A stretch of DNA of 64,000 nt. It comes from Podarcis filfolensis. Lineage: Eukaryota. The notes below the pieces were generated by a model. The model did not search any database, was not told the origin of the DNA, and saw nothing but the letters and a program-made list of their open reading frames with translations. The stretch lies in the NCBI GenBank assembly GCA_964270895.1, contig OZ185437.1; one strand, 5' to 3'. Of this stretch, positions 36,783 through 49,275 are shown piece after piece (position 1 is the stretch's first letter; the number at the start of each line of letters is the position of its first letter). The position numbers were made by a program, and so were the translations under genes.

Positions 36783-37807
36783 ATAAAGCTCCAATTACCC
36801 TTCTTTATACTCTATTATTTTCTATTTTTTGTCATCAATGGCCATGTTGGAATATCTAGGCTCAGGCTTGGGTGATATTCCAGAGAATGGGACTTGAAAA
36901 GCTGTGGGGGCAGACACATGGGTTGGGCAATGTCAGCTTTTAAACATCACAGTGTATCACCAGCCAATCATGATGATCTGGCATTGCGATGATGTTGAAA
37001 CGGAGGGAGGACAAAGCTACATTGGCCCTGGTCCCACAAGATGCTAGGCTGAAATCACTGCCATTCCTGCTGGAGGAGCTGAACTGGTTTCACCCCAGTG
37101 CCTCGTGGGGCTGGGGTCAATGCAGCTTTGGCCTCCCGCCAGGTGCAAAAGCGTCTCTTCACCCCTGGAGGGAACAAGCTATGGAGAGTGGCTCCCTCAA
37201 AGTCCAGCCTGCCTGAGCAGACACCCTGCATCTGACCACCCCAGAGGAAATACGCAGCCCACCATCTCAGGCAAAGGCAGCCAAGCACATGGAGCCTGTT
37301 AAGCTTCATTCACATGGGCAGGGGAGGGCAGCAATCCACCTGCCCTGTCCTTTGGCTCACATGGGGGGGGGCTGCCTCCCTCAACACAGCTGCCTGCTAC
37401 TCAATGGAGAAGCGTAACAGAGCCCCCACCTTGCATAAGGTGGAGGTACAGTACGATCTCTGCTAGACTTCTCCATTGAGGGGCAGAAAGATGTGCACCC
37501 CTCAGTGGAGAAGTTTGAACGTGATGCTTGTTCCTCCCTCCATTGTATGATGGCCAGAGCGCAATGGCTGCTTCACTCAGTGGGCTATTGCAAGTGAAAC
37601 CACAACCACTCCTGAGTCCCTCTGCCACCAGTGCCCAGCTGCAGCTTGTTTCTCCTTTGGCACACGACGTGCTGGTGGCAAAGGGATTCAGGAGCAGTGG
37701 CGGTTTCACCTGCAATAGCCCGCTGGGTGAAGCAGCCATTGCGCTCTGGCCCACATACCAGTCCTGGGAGATTTATACCCAACACCACAGAAGCTAGTGC
37801 TTATATA

Positions 37808-38052
37808 CAGTCATACCTCGGGTTAAAGTAGCTTCAGGTTGAGCGTTTTCAGGTTGCGTTCCACGGTGACCTGGAATAACGGAACGGGTTACTTCCAGGT
37901 TTCACCGCTCGCACATGTGCAGACGCTCAAAATGACGTCACGCGCAGAAGCGGCGAATCGCGACCCGCACACGCGCAGACACAGGTTGCGTTCTGCTCAG
38001 GATGCGAATGGGGCTCCGGAACGGATCCCGTTCGCATCCAGAGGTACCACTG
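37808..38052. mobile_element. pogo/Tigger-like MITE, TA TSD, CpG-rich
   Basis: TA|cagtcatacctc...gaggtaccactg|TA; repeated tcaggtt motifs. Confidence 0.82.
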
Positions 38053-38184
38053 TACCCAGGGATCTCATCTAAATGCTGGCAAGTCAGCACATACCTGCAC
38101 ATGTGGTAGGAATGCCCCAAAGTTCAATCCTTTTGAATATCAGTGCTGCAGGAAATTTCCAAAATAACAAAACAGGTAATAAAC

Positions 38185-38720
38185 ACTACTCTAGAACTAG
38201 CCTTATTAAATATCTTCCAGGACAATCACACACACATGACAAGGAACTTATAAGTCACTTACTCACAGCAGCTAGAAATCCGAAGTACAAACCTAGACTT
38301 TGGAAGGGACCTATCAGGAGTGAACATAGACCACTGGTACCAAAATGTATGGGAAACCACCTTACTAGAGAAGTTTATCAACAAACTTAAACTAGGCACA
38401 GGGACAACCAAAGGAGGGCGCCTTCACCCTAGTATGGTTCCCCTTTATCACATACACAGCACAACATACAAATCAATATGGCTAGCCTGACCCAACAACC
38501 TACCCCTCCATTCAAATCAATCAACCTCAGAACCATCTAATCTCTCGCATTATCAATATAGATACATAAACAAAGGACCTACCCATGTGATGCTGACACA
38601 AATTCCTACACTAACACTAGGCAATAGAACGAAAGAACACCACCACCCCATCTCTTTCCCCCAACCACAAGATGTCTATGACAAAAGTGTCTCCCAGTCC
38701 CACTAAATGTAAACTGAAAA
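38185..38720 (+). mobile_element. L1/Tx1-clade LINE 3' fragment (ORF2 C-terminus plus 3'UTR)
   Basis: Frameshifted LELALLNIF...HLLTAARN...WK...W.E..LLEK...WFPF, typical of L1-clade ORF2 ends. Confidence 0.6.
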
Positions 38721-39114
38721 AGACCATGAATTTAAAGTGGAGACAATAGATGTGCCGTTCCCTGTTTATCTGTTAGTTTTTATTTTTTTAAAAAAAAGTG
38801 AGGACACCTTCAGTACCACAAGAACAACTGTAGTGTGACTTGACAAAGTTTGTCTTTTGTAAGGTATGCATTATCAGTTGAATATCTGGCATGTAGCCTA
38901 AGCCATCTCCCGTCCTGGTCCCTTAGCAGAAGTATCTGCTGGATCAGAAATCCTTCCATGAGCATAAGGGCTCAGTTGGATTCTACCTGCAGCTCACATT
39001 GCTTTCTACTCATAAATGCTGCACAGAAAATGAAAGATGAAGGAAATGTTTATTTTTAGGAGAGAGAGAGATGTCTGAATAATTACCTTCGTTTTTTTCT
39101 TTCTTCCCTCACAG

Positions 39115-39272
39115 ATGGACTGAACCAGTTTGGCCTGACCACTAACATCCGTTTCAAAGGATGCATTAGATCCATGAAGCTCACCAAAGGAACTGCTAAG
39201 CCTCTTGAGATTAACTTCAGCAAAGCCTTGGAGATAAAGGGAGTTCAGCCTCTATCTTGCCCTACAAATTAA
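39115..39272 (+). CDS. LAMA2: LAMA2 terminal coding exon (exon 65 equivalent), end of LG5 and stop
   Basis: ttccctcacag|ATGGAC...AATTAA; DGLNQFGLTTNIRFKGCIRSMKLTKGTAKPLEINFSKALEIKGVQPLSCPTN*. Confidence 0.97.
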
Positions 39273-39371
39273 CAGGACATCATCCGACTCTGATATGAGC
39301 CTGACCACTTAAAACCAAAAAAAGTGCCTCAGATTTTTAAAGAATCCTATATATACACACATTACCTTCAT

Positions 39372-39377
39372 AATAAA
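39372..39377 (+). terminator. Candidate proximal poly(A) signal AATAAA of LAMA2
   Basis: Canonical hexamer about 100 nt after the stop; weak downstream GU element. Confidence 0.45.
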
Positions 39378-39491
39378 AAGGCCCCTTTGCAAATATTTTG
39401 ACTTCAGCCTGTTACATAGTCAAAATGGTGCTATTTCAGGGTGTGCTTCTAAAACAAAACGTTAGATGAAGAACATTTTCCCCTTGGAATG

Positions 39492-39497
39492 AATAAA
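39492..39497 (+). terminator. Poly(A) signal AATAAA of LAMA2
   Basis: Canonical hexamer followed about 15 nt later by CA and tgtgtgatgtgtcagtctttt (GU/U-rich downstream element). Confidence 0.75.
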
Positions 39498-41644
39498 GTT
39501 GCAAGCTATTCATGTGTGATGTGTCAGTCTTTTCCCTGAGTTTGAAGTGAAATCTTTTTAGTATCGTTTTGAGGAATGGAATTGTATTAACACAGACCCA
39601 CAGTCTTCAAGTACAAAATGGAGATATGTTTCAATTTGTATGGGCATGTTGAGATAAAGATAGCCAGTTTTATGTACCCCACCTTCTAGGGTTGGTTGCC
39701 AGTGGTAATGGGTAATGTAATTTCCCCTGGGGGTGTTTTCTCTGGGGACGACTATCTCTGGGACCTTTGGCCTCACTTCCACTTTTCCTTTCCACTCTGT
39801 GGCTGGAACAGGCCCAGCAGAACAATTTCATGTTTTAGCTTAGGATGGTTTGGGCTGTTATGGTAAAGTGGTAAAACAGATGAGCAAATAACGGGATCAC
39901 TGGCTTCCTTCAAGGCATTTGTCATCCACATCAGGTTCTGGTGGGAGAAACAAAGACTTCATCGAAGGGCAGTAAGATTCACAGGCCTGATAAAGATTTA
40001 ATTGGAATAGAGAAACCACTTTAATATTCCTTGTGCTGTCATTACTTTTGGTACTGTGTAATAAGTCTCATGGTCAGTATGCCCCTACAGTGAGATGCAC
40101 ACGCCACGCCAGCATCTGGCGCTCACGCATGTCTCTGCAGGGGAAAGTGTGCTCCCTTTCTGTATTTGGTTGTAAGTCACTTTGTGTTGCCCTGGGCAAG
40201 ATAAAGCAACTAAGAAGTTTAATAAAGTTCACAGGAACTGGAGAAAGTGTATTGTGAAGAGGGTTTGGGCATCTTCTACAATTACATATGGAGAAGCCCA
40301 TTGTGTTAGGCTTGTTTGTCTGGATCTAGGGTTGTCAAAACTAAGCCCACTATCACTATGTCAGATTAATGAAAAAACTCAACAGTAAAGCTATCAGGAC
40401 ATTTTAAGAAAACAGTATTGTTTCCCTGCTTCTGAATGTTTTCCATGCACTTTGCTAGTGTTTTCTATACTCTGTGTAATGCACTCTTTCCATGATATGC
40501 AGGACTCAAGGTTTTCTTTTGTGTGTCCGGTAGGGAGGGAGTTATGGGGATGACACTGTTCACTGCCTAAGGAATTTGTGCAATGTTGCTACAAAGAACA
40601 TGTTGGATTGAAATCCTAATATATCATTTGAACAGCTTTATAATGTTCTGTGCTTTTTAAAAAATATATAGCTGCTCTTTGGTACTCATGGTGCTGTAAG
40701 ACATTAACACATTCCACATTCCACACATGGCATACTCATTTTCCTTTGCCAGATTACTTTATAGCATTAGAAAAATCAGCAAGTGAACCAATAATGAGTG
40801 ACATTTCCATAAGTCATTAAACACATCAAACACTGTATTCCATACGTGCATATTTTAAATGGACAGTGGGAAAAGATGCAATGCAAAGTTACAGAAAACT
40901 AGTATATTCCCTTTGGAGCAGAACAGCAAAATAAAGTAGATTAAAATGCCACCCACTTTCTTTGTACTAAACAGCCCCTCAACCCACCAGGCTTCCAGAA
41001 GAATCCTACTCTTGGGTAGCAACACATTGCCTGCCTTCCAGGCTTATAATGCTTTTCCTTATGTTGAGTTTCACCTTAAACTAAAAATCTTCCAGGCTGG
41101 CTACCTGCAGATACAGATTTTCCTTGCCAGTCACTGGCTCTGCCCAGTGGGCCACATGAAGCCTCTCCAAACAAGAAATGTGCCAAACTGCTCATCTGCA
41201 ATTAAGGTTTCACTACGCTGACAGCAAATAGCCTGGGGCTCAGCTAAGTTTCCAAGTTGTCCCTATAATCCCACAAACAGAAATATAAAAATGTACATCC
41301 TCATACAAGTATGATATACATTCCCCTGCCAGTAAAATATGCAAGAGTCTGTACAAATAAGGACCATAGACTCAGTCTAGGACAGCAAAGTCCAAATCAT
41401 TCACTTGTGTGTAGCCCATCCCAATAAGGAACTATGTATGCCAACAACTTCTCCCTGCATGGTTTCCACATCTGATCCAAGAGTAGAACATGCAGAAGTT
41501 TAAAATCCACCAGGGGCTGGATTCAGCTTTTTCCTCCTCCACCGAGCAGCTGGTTCACAGAATCTTAACCTTTTAAAAAACACTGAAGCCCTTTCCCCAG
41601 CCCAATCTGGAAATGCCAGTGATCAAATCTGGGCAAGCATGCAT

Positions 41645-41820
41645 TCTGTTCAGAGGACCATAGTAGCTCAGTGATAGAAGGATCTGTGGACATACATACA
41701 GAAGGCACCAGGCCAGGTTTAACAGCCAGCATCTTCTTGTCGGAAGCCCCAGAAAGTCAGTCAATACCACAGCCAATATTGAGCTAGATGGATCAATAGT
41801 CTGACTCACTCTAGAGCAGA
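41645..41820 (+). mobile_element. Degenerate tRNA-derived SINE
   Basis: tagctcagtgatagaa head; gagctagatggatcaatagtctgactca tail; related to 49890-50057. Confidence 0.55.
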
Positions 41821-42578
41821 TTCATCTGCTCCCAAATGGAATCCATGCACACACAGTTAGATTGGGTCATCCTTCTGAGACTGGCTTCAGAAGTACAAAG
41901 AAATTGTGCAGTGCCATTTTTTTAACATTATTTCTATAGAATTCTTTTCTTGTGTGAACTTCACAGCATGTTTTTTTTTTTTTTTTTGGTATTAGAATCC
42001 CCACCACCACCATCTCTTTCTTTCTCATCAAAGTTAGTTTGAACACAAATTAAATTGATCATTTCAGTTTGTCTTGTCTTAATTAAGAGCATCTCTCTAA
42101 TAATGAAAGCAAATACTGGGTCTCAAGCGGTCTCACTTTCTCAGTGTTGCAAATTAATTATACTGAATAACATGCTGTCTTCCTTTTCTTCTTAATTTAA
42201 TATAGCGAGTTTCTTTGCTTCTGGCTGTCATTGCTAATAAGCGCAGCCGAGGCGAGCATGCCCTGGGCTTTTCAAATCTTGTTTTTGAGTTAAATTTAGA
42301 TGAAATTCTCAGTCTCAATTTGATCTTTGTGTCGCCACACACCCCAACAATGGCTTTTGCATTCCAGCAATTGTTAATTGAGTTTGCTGATATCGACCAA
42401 CACAGCAGAGAGGTGCTGTTTTCATGCTGCAGCCTAGGATGGTTCCCAATCAAACTCAAGCCTGCACAGAGTCATAAATGGTGTTTCTATGACTTGCTGT
42501 TAGGCCATTCTCACATCAGACTAATTAACCAGCTGGTCAAAAATTTACACTGGATTTTAAATTTCATGAAACTGCTAT

Positions 42579-42585
42579 GATAGAT

Positions 42586-42626
<41 letters not shown>
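42579..42626. repeat. (GATA)n microsatellite
   Basis: Direct reading. Confidence 0.97.
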
Positions 42627-43995
42627 TTGGATAGTTATGGGGCACAGCCCCCGAGGTCTTTTTTGGTAGCCCTCAGCAACATTTGACACCCCTCCCTTGC
42701 AGCCCTTGTGCTGCCTTCCCACAGCTGTGCAAGCAAGCTGCTGGGCTTTGGGAAGGAGGCATGAGGGTTCTGACAGGGTCCTAAGGTCCTCCTTCCTCCT
42801 TCCCAAGGCCTACTTAGCACTTTCTCAGCTTTGGAAAGGAAGTAGGAGGGCTCTAGGACCCTGCCGGAGCCTTGCAGCCTTCCCAAAGCCCAGCACCTCA
42901 CTTAACATCAAATTTTGGCCTTGGTCTACCCACACCCCCAGCGTGCATGCAACAAGGCAGTGTGAGGACCATAGCTTCCTTGTCAAAGTTGTCTTGTGGC
43001 ACACTTGGTATGAAAAGTCGGGCCGCCCTGGTATAGAGGGTTTCGGGGGGGGCGGTTAGTCAGGGTGTTTTCCGAAACTGTGGCTCTGTATAGATGAAGG
43101 TAGACTCTCTAAGAGGAAACCAAACCAATCAGTTCCAATAATGATGATGATACACCCATCTAAATGGGTTAAGATTATGGCCTTAGCTGGCCAGTTAAGT
43201 ACGTACTTCCATTTACATTAAAGACATGATGCCATAGGCAGAGGGGAATCCCCTAACCTAGTTCAAAGCAACATCACCATGTAAGGTAAAAGAGCGATAG
43301 ACAGAGTTTTGTGGGAGAGTTCTGGCAATTGCTGGCAGCTGGAGGGTTTCAGAGGTGGGGCACACACTATTAGAGGGGGGGGGGCCAGTCCAGCTTGGGC
43401 ACGGTTAGTGGAGCGAAAGAGGGAAGGAAAGAGCAAAAGAGGGAAGGCTATTGAAAGGTGCATCCCCGCCCCCCATGCAATGTTTTAAATTGCAGTAACT
43501 TTCCTTGCTGCTACTCAGCAACAGACCTAATTTTAACCCAAGGCTGCCATCACATCCAGTTCAGCTTTCCTCAGATTCCTCAAATGTATAAAATCTGTCA
43601 CTCCTTGTTTTAATGACATATGAACAAACAGAAAGTACTCCAGACCATCTTGCACATTGGCCGTGTTAACTTTCCCCCACAATGACCTGCAAGGCAGCTT
43701 GTCATTTCATGGAAGCACTCTCCCTGTTACACTTACTTAGCTTAGTATTTTTTCCTTGGAACAACAACACAAAACCCACAGAACTTCCCATTACCTCTGA
43801 AACTTTGTGTATTGTAGCACTTCTGAGCTAGTTGAGATAATGAGCAAAGGGAATTGCAACTTTAAGGACTATTTACTTAAATACTACTGGAAATTGAGCT
43901 GCAGAAACTATCGGCTTAGTTTCGGAAGCAGCAATTGCTGCTGTTTCAGTTCCTTTGTACAGCTGTTAACATTTAGCACCAGCCTGTTCTAATGA

Positions 43996-44130
43996 GCACA
44001 ATTCAGAACTGGAAGAGACCCTAGGGTTCATCTAGTCTAACCCCGTGCCATGTGGTGATTCTGCCCACAGCCGTCCCTGGGTGGGCTTGAACCACTAACC
44101 TTCCAGCTAATGCACTGATCCACTGTGTCA
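43996..44130 (-). mobile_element. tRNA-headed SINE with a CR1-like 3' tail
   Basis: Reverse complement cagtggatcagtgc...ggttcaagccc...ggttagactagatga-ccctagggtctcttccagttct. Confidence 0.55.
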
Positions 44131-44500
44131 CAGGATGGCTCTGGAAGCAACTTCGGGGTCCAGGTCCAATTGCATGCCTCAGACCTTTCTAACCGGCCCC
44201 TGGGTCTCTCCCTGGGGCACCCCCTTCCCCATGCCACATCCCTCGCCAGCAGGACCCCATGCCTTCTCAAGTACATTTGCCTGACTGGCATGTGCCCCGA
44301 ACTGTGAGGGAGGAAGTGTAGAGCCCTCAGACTTTTGCATGGCTGGAATGCACCGACTCTAATACTCTAAGAGTCACATTCACTGCTGTTACCTTTGGTC
44401 CTGCCTGCCACTGGCAAGCAGCTCTCAGAAGGATGCCCACAAGGGAGTGTGACCTTCAGGCAAAAAAGGGATCTCCTCCACCACAAGCATCTGCATAATG

Positions 44501-44501
<1 letters not shown>

Positions 44502-44533
<32 letters not shown>
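44502..44533. repeat. (CA)n microsatellite
   Basis: Direct reading. Confidence 0.97.
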
Positions 44534-44535
<2 letters not shown>

Positions 44536-46375
44536 GTGCTAAGCACTGCTCTCTGTACTCAGCTTTTTGCTCCATCTAGAAGTCCACTCCTCTTATTGGC
44601 ATCAAACCTGCTCCCTGAACTACTTTTCTCAGTGAAGGTGCCAGGGGCTGAACATTAAGTCTTCCACATATTCTGTATCTACTCTACCACCAAGTTATAC
44701 ACCCATCTGAATAACAGATCAATTCCCTTGATAGCAACGTCAACACTTTGCTTAAAAATTGTTTTTCCTATGAGCCAAGATTCCAATACGGAGAAGGTGA
44801 ATTGAACATCACTGGTACTTTCTCTCAAGAGCTCTAGGTTTATCTAGTATAGCTAAGAGATAACCTGAATAACAGATAACCTGCTGGCAGTCCTATTGTG
44901 CAGCAAGAGCCAATAACAAGTCAGTTGCTAGACCCATAGTGGCAGCGGCAAAACAGCCTATGGTCTCCATTTTTATGTATAAAATTGGGTCTTTCAAGTA
45001 CAATCTCCATAAGACATATCCCCAGCTGTCTGCAATTTGTTCACAGACCAGTTCCGGATTCTGATCAATATGCAAAATCTCTTTTCTGTGCTGATCTTGC
45101 CATTGCCTGACCCAAGCAATATCTTCTCTGCCATTTTCATCTGAGCAATGTCATTTATACTAATATGCTTCATTCTGATTCAACTGAGTTCCAATTCAGT
45201 AACTTACCTAGCTGCAGAGAAATGAAATACATTTGCACACAGAACCATTATCCAAGGACCATCAGGCAGAAGCTACATGCCTTTCCAGGTACTCATCTGT
45301 GGAGCCCACTCAAAATCAGTTGCTGGCCTGAGGCCTAGCCGAAGCTCATCTGAGGGCAGCACAGTGGGATCAAGTAGCTCTGTCAAGCAGAGCAACCAAA
45401 TCTCATTTTCTACTCTAATGGAATGGAACTAGAGCAGAATTATACATTTAAATATCCTTGTTAGTACTTAGGCTAACTGAGCCATGGCCAGTCTTAAAGC
45501 GCTCTGCCTCACTGTCACTTCCTGCTTATGTAGGAGGCCATAAAACATCTGAAACACTTGTACCAGCACATGCTTTATGACAGCTCTGCTCGCTGCCTGG
45601 CTTATTGCTTGCAGAGGCTCATTGATTCGCCATGCTGGAATGATTGCTTTTAAAACAAATACCTATTCACCTGACAAGGAAATATTAAACCGGATTTGAT
45701 AAGCGAGCTCCGTAATGCCTAGTCCCATTGAAAGCAGCAGATTTGCTATAGATTTTAACAAGAATTCAGATTTAACTCTGAACAGCTTAATTGTACGATT
45801 CATATAATTTCGCTTAAGCATCTTATTTTCAACTGTAAGGATAATGACACTGAGAAACATTCACTGTGGGAATTAGTGCTTCCTCTCAATGAGGGTGCGT
45901 GGCATTTAAGAGCATTCAAGTGTCTCAGGCCTGTTGGCAGAATATTAAAAGCCTTTAATGTGTTATAAAAGAGAACCAAGGACTAATAAAAAATATAAAG
46001 GTAGTCTCTTTACACTGTAGTGGAATTATTAATAAAGGTATCCTCCAACACTATAGTGGAATTACTGGTGATGAACATGACCTGAAGTAGACTCAGAGGG
46101 TATTTCCACACTGTCGCTGTTTCTGAGTGGGATTCAGTCGCATACTAGCAAATTCAGGCAAGTAAAGCCAAATGCACAACAAACCTGCATCCACAAAAGA
46201 TTTAACCTTTCGCTAGGATGAAAAGTGAGAGGGAAATGCACTGAAAAGCATGTGGTAACGTTTGCTTTGATACAAGGGCACCTAGCATCTCCACAAACAA
46301 ATCAGAGTGGATGCTCATTAACAGCCAACATCATCTAATCTTGCTGCAAACAAACCAAGACGAATGCTCAAATCA

Positions 46376-46625
46376 CAGTCGTACCTTGGAAGTCAAACAG
46401 CTTAGTTCCCGAACGTTTTGGCTCCCGAATGTCGCAAACCTAGAAGTGACTGTTTCGGTTTACGAACTGTTTTTGGAAGCCGAATGTCCAACGGGGCTTC
46501 CGCAGTTTCCAATTGGCTGCAGGAGATTCCTGCAGCCCATCAGAAGCCGCGCTTTGGTTTTCGAATGTTTTGGAAGTCAAATGGTCTTCCAAAACAGATT
46601 CCGTTCGACTTCCCAGGTACGACTG
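46376..46625. mobile_element. pogo/Tigger-like MITE related to 15383-15610
   Basis: cagtcgtacct...aggtacgactg|TA; right-hand interior resembles the 15383 copy (ttggttttcgaa...ttggaa). Confidence 0.82.
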
Positions 46626-49145
46626 TATATTAACTTTACTTGGTCCACTTCCTGTAATGTTCCCCAAAATTTACAGAGGCTCAGCTTTTATCGTAATACT
46701 AAGCCAGCATGAGAGGTGAGCCAGAAAACTGCTGACCCATCACTCCCCAGACGTGATCACATTCATAAAATTTTAAACTCAGCTTGTTTTTTATGTTGAA
46801 ATCTTGGAAGCCAAGTTTGGGGCAAGTACTCTCTTGTGAAAGAACCCCAGCGGAGATTTAACATCACAAAATATGCAGCAAAGAAAAGCATGGAAATATA
46901 GGTTGTGAAACCTTTAAAATGTGCCCTTCCAGTGAGCCCCGAAGTGTCCCCTTTTAAAAAATATTTCCAAGCTATCCCACTTCCCAGCATAGCACACATT
47001 AAGAAAGTAACAAAATTGTTTACTTACATAACTCTTCAAAGGTCAGATTTCTGTGCTTTTTCCATGCAGTAGTCACAAAAGATGCCCAAACAATTAAAAA
47101 TGTTGCTTAGTTACAAAACAAACTATTGGTACAGAAAAAAATGCTAGTTTCAGACTCCATTCAGGACTGAAACAAGAGAGGCTAGTTAAAGCCCTGTGCT
47201 GGTTGGAGCAATCAGCTCAGAGCTCCTTACATACTGAATTTCACATGGACAAAGGCCTGGTTACCCATTTCCTCTTGTGGTGAGAGGAAGTGACACAGAC
47301 AGGACAGCTTTCTCTATGGATTTAACCCTTTCATGCACTAATTGGACTCAAGAATGCTAGGCTGGTTACCCTACAGCTTATTCTTGGGATATACCAAACA
47401 ATAAGAAGTCATTTAATAAAGAACAAGAGTAGTTTTACTAACCTAACAAACCTGACTTCCCTCTAACTCCCAGCATTTTACCTATGGTCGCCCTCACACG
47501 CCCTCTCTCACTCTTGTCTTTCTCAACTGATTCTCTGCACCTGTCACTTTCTGACTCCACACACCTGGCAGTCAATCATTCTTCTGTTACAACCACCTCC
47601 TGGTGCATACTCTTTGGGAGAAAGAAGAACCACCATCTCCCAAACAATAGAGATGGTCCAAAGTGACACCATAGGAACTAGTCAACAATACTGAAAGCTG
47701 TCAAGAAGTCTTAAGAAAATAAATAATGGTGCAAACCCACAACCTACCCACCCCCATCTTCTCCTGATGCAAGCAAGCTAGCCAGCAAATCCTAGGATGT
47801 TCCTGTTCTGGAACCCAGCTGGAAGTTAGCTGGATTGAGATCCATAAAGTTAACTTAATCCAAGAGCATCTGAATGTTCCAGCTAACTGTCTGCCACTCA
47901 GATGTTGAAAGACTCAGACTACAGTTGGCAACAATATTATTTTGTTTGTTTTTCCACCTGTCATTTAAATACTTAAGGCATTTTCCTGCCTGTGGCTGTT
48001 AACGTGCTTTTGGCTCAAGTGGTTTGTAATGTAAATGTAAAAAACCCACCTTGGCTGGGATATTTGCTCACGTTTACTAAATGCTCCTTTTCTAAATGAA
48101 CAACACGCAAACATTGACATAAATAGCACACACAAGGCTCAAAAGTGATTTAAACCTCACTTAAGAAAATGCTCTTTTATGTAAAGAGAAAAGAAGCTGT
48201 AAAGCTATTATAACAACTGTGGCTCACACCTGATACGGAAAAGATAAATGAGCACTATTAAAGCCTTATTAGGCAACTAATTTGTGGAACAACTGGGAAC
48301 GATTACAATGCAGCGACAAAATTAATGCTTAGTCTTTACAAAATGCTTTTCATCTTCAAAGCACTTCTTCCATACTAATTAATTCACTCCAAGTACCAAC
48401 GTAGACACACAGAGAGACACCGTTTTAAGTCCAATAGTTTCACTTAGGCTTATCTGGACAATTTTGCTTCGGCTATATTTGGCTTTCAACATTTCTGCTG
48501 ACACTGATCCTGTTTGGAAAGGAAATGGAGTCTGAATCCTAAACACACTTTCCTGGGCCAAAATTCTATTGAACTCAATAAAGCTGACTTCAAGTACACA
48601 CACGTAATATTGCCCTTTTGTCCACAAACTACATCCCCAAAGAGCTATTTGTGACATGATCCCATACACTGATCACTCTCAGTGGACTAGGAGGAAGCTT
48701 TCTAACCATTGTTGCAAAACAATGCATTTGATAACCAACAGGACTTAGCCAATCCATTTTTTGTTATTCTGGAGTAAAGCTCCATGTGCTTAGGAAGTAT
48801 CCTGGCAATACTATGAATTACTATTACTTTATTGAATTGTATTCATTGTTTTGCTGGGTAGGTGACAAGTTTATTTATATGCTACTATGTTTGGTATTAC
48901 AGTGATTGCAATTTTTGTTGTTGTTTGTTAATGCCATTGTGATTCCTGTGAGCTGCTTTGATGATAAAGGCTGTAGACTAACAACATCTGAAGGGCAACA
49001 CATTGCCTGCCCCTGCTCATTTCAGTACACTTCTGCCTATTGCTCTGTGACCTTAGCTGGAAAACAGCAACAAAACGGAGCATCTGCTAGTTTTATTGGT
49101 GACCACATTTATATCCACCATGCATTAGTGAATAGGCCTTTATGG

Positions 49146-49275
49146 CAGGGGTAGGTGACCCTCTAAATGTTGCTGGATGCTAAGTCCCATCAGTCAAACC
49201 AGCACGGCCTCTGGTCAGGGGTGGTGCGAGTTAACAATGCCATAATATTTGGAGGGCTACATGTCCCCCACCCGT
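49146..49275. mobile_element. Degenerate hAT-type MITE
   Basis: caggggtagg...ccctctaaatgttgctgga / atttggagggctaca...; same family signature. Confidence 0.5.

Larger units (their letters stand above)
39273..39515 (+). other. LAMA2: LAMA2 3'UTR (end approximate)
   Basis: Follows the TAA stop; AT-rich; ends just after AATAAA at 39492 and before a GU-rich tract. Confidence 0.7.

Noticed and set aside
38400-38720. A/C-rich stretch resembling a mitochondrial insertion (NUMT)
   Set aside because: No mitochondrial gene or tRNA is recognisable, and it is contiguous with an L1-type ORF2 end, so it is better read as the LINE 3'UTR.
40082-40143. Imperfect hairpin (cgccag-cat-ctggcg core) downstream of LAMA2 as a miRNA or structured RNA
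   Set aside because: The core is only 6 bp, the outer arms have several mismatches, and it resembles no known RNA family.
44126-44330. tgtcacagg as a possible LTR start
   Set aside because: There is no matching gtgaca end or TSD; the motif is the head of the minus-strand tRNA-SINE at 43996-44130.
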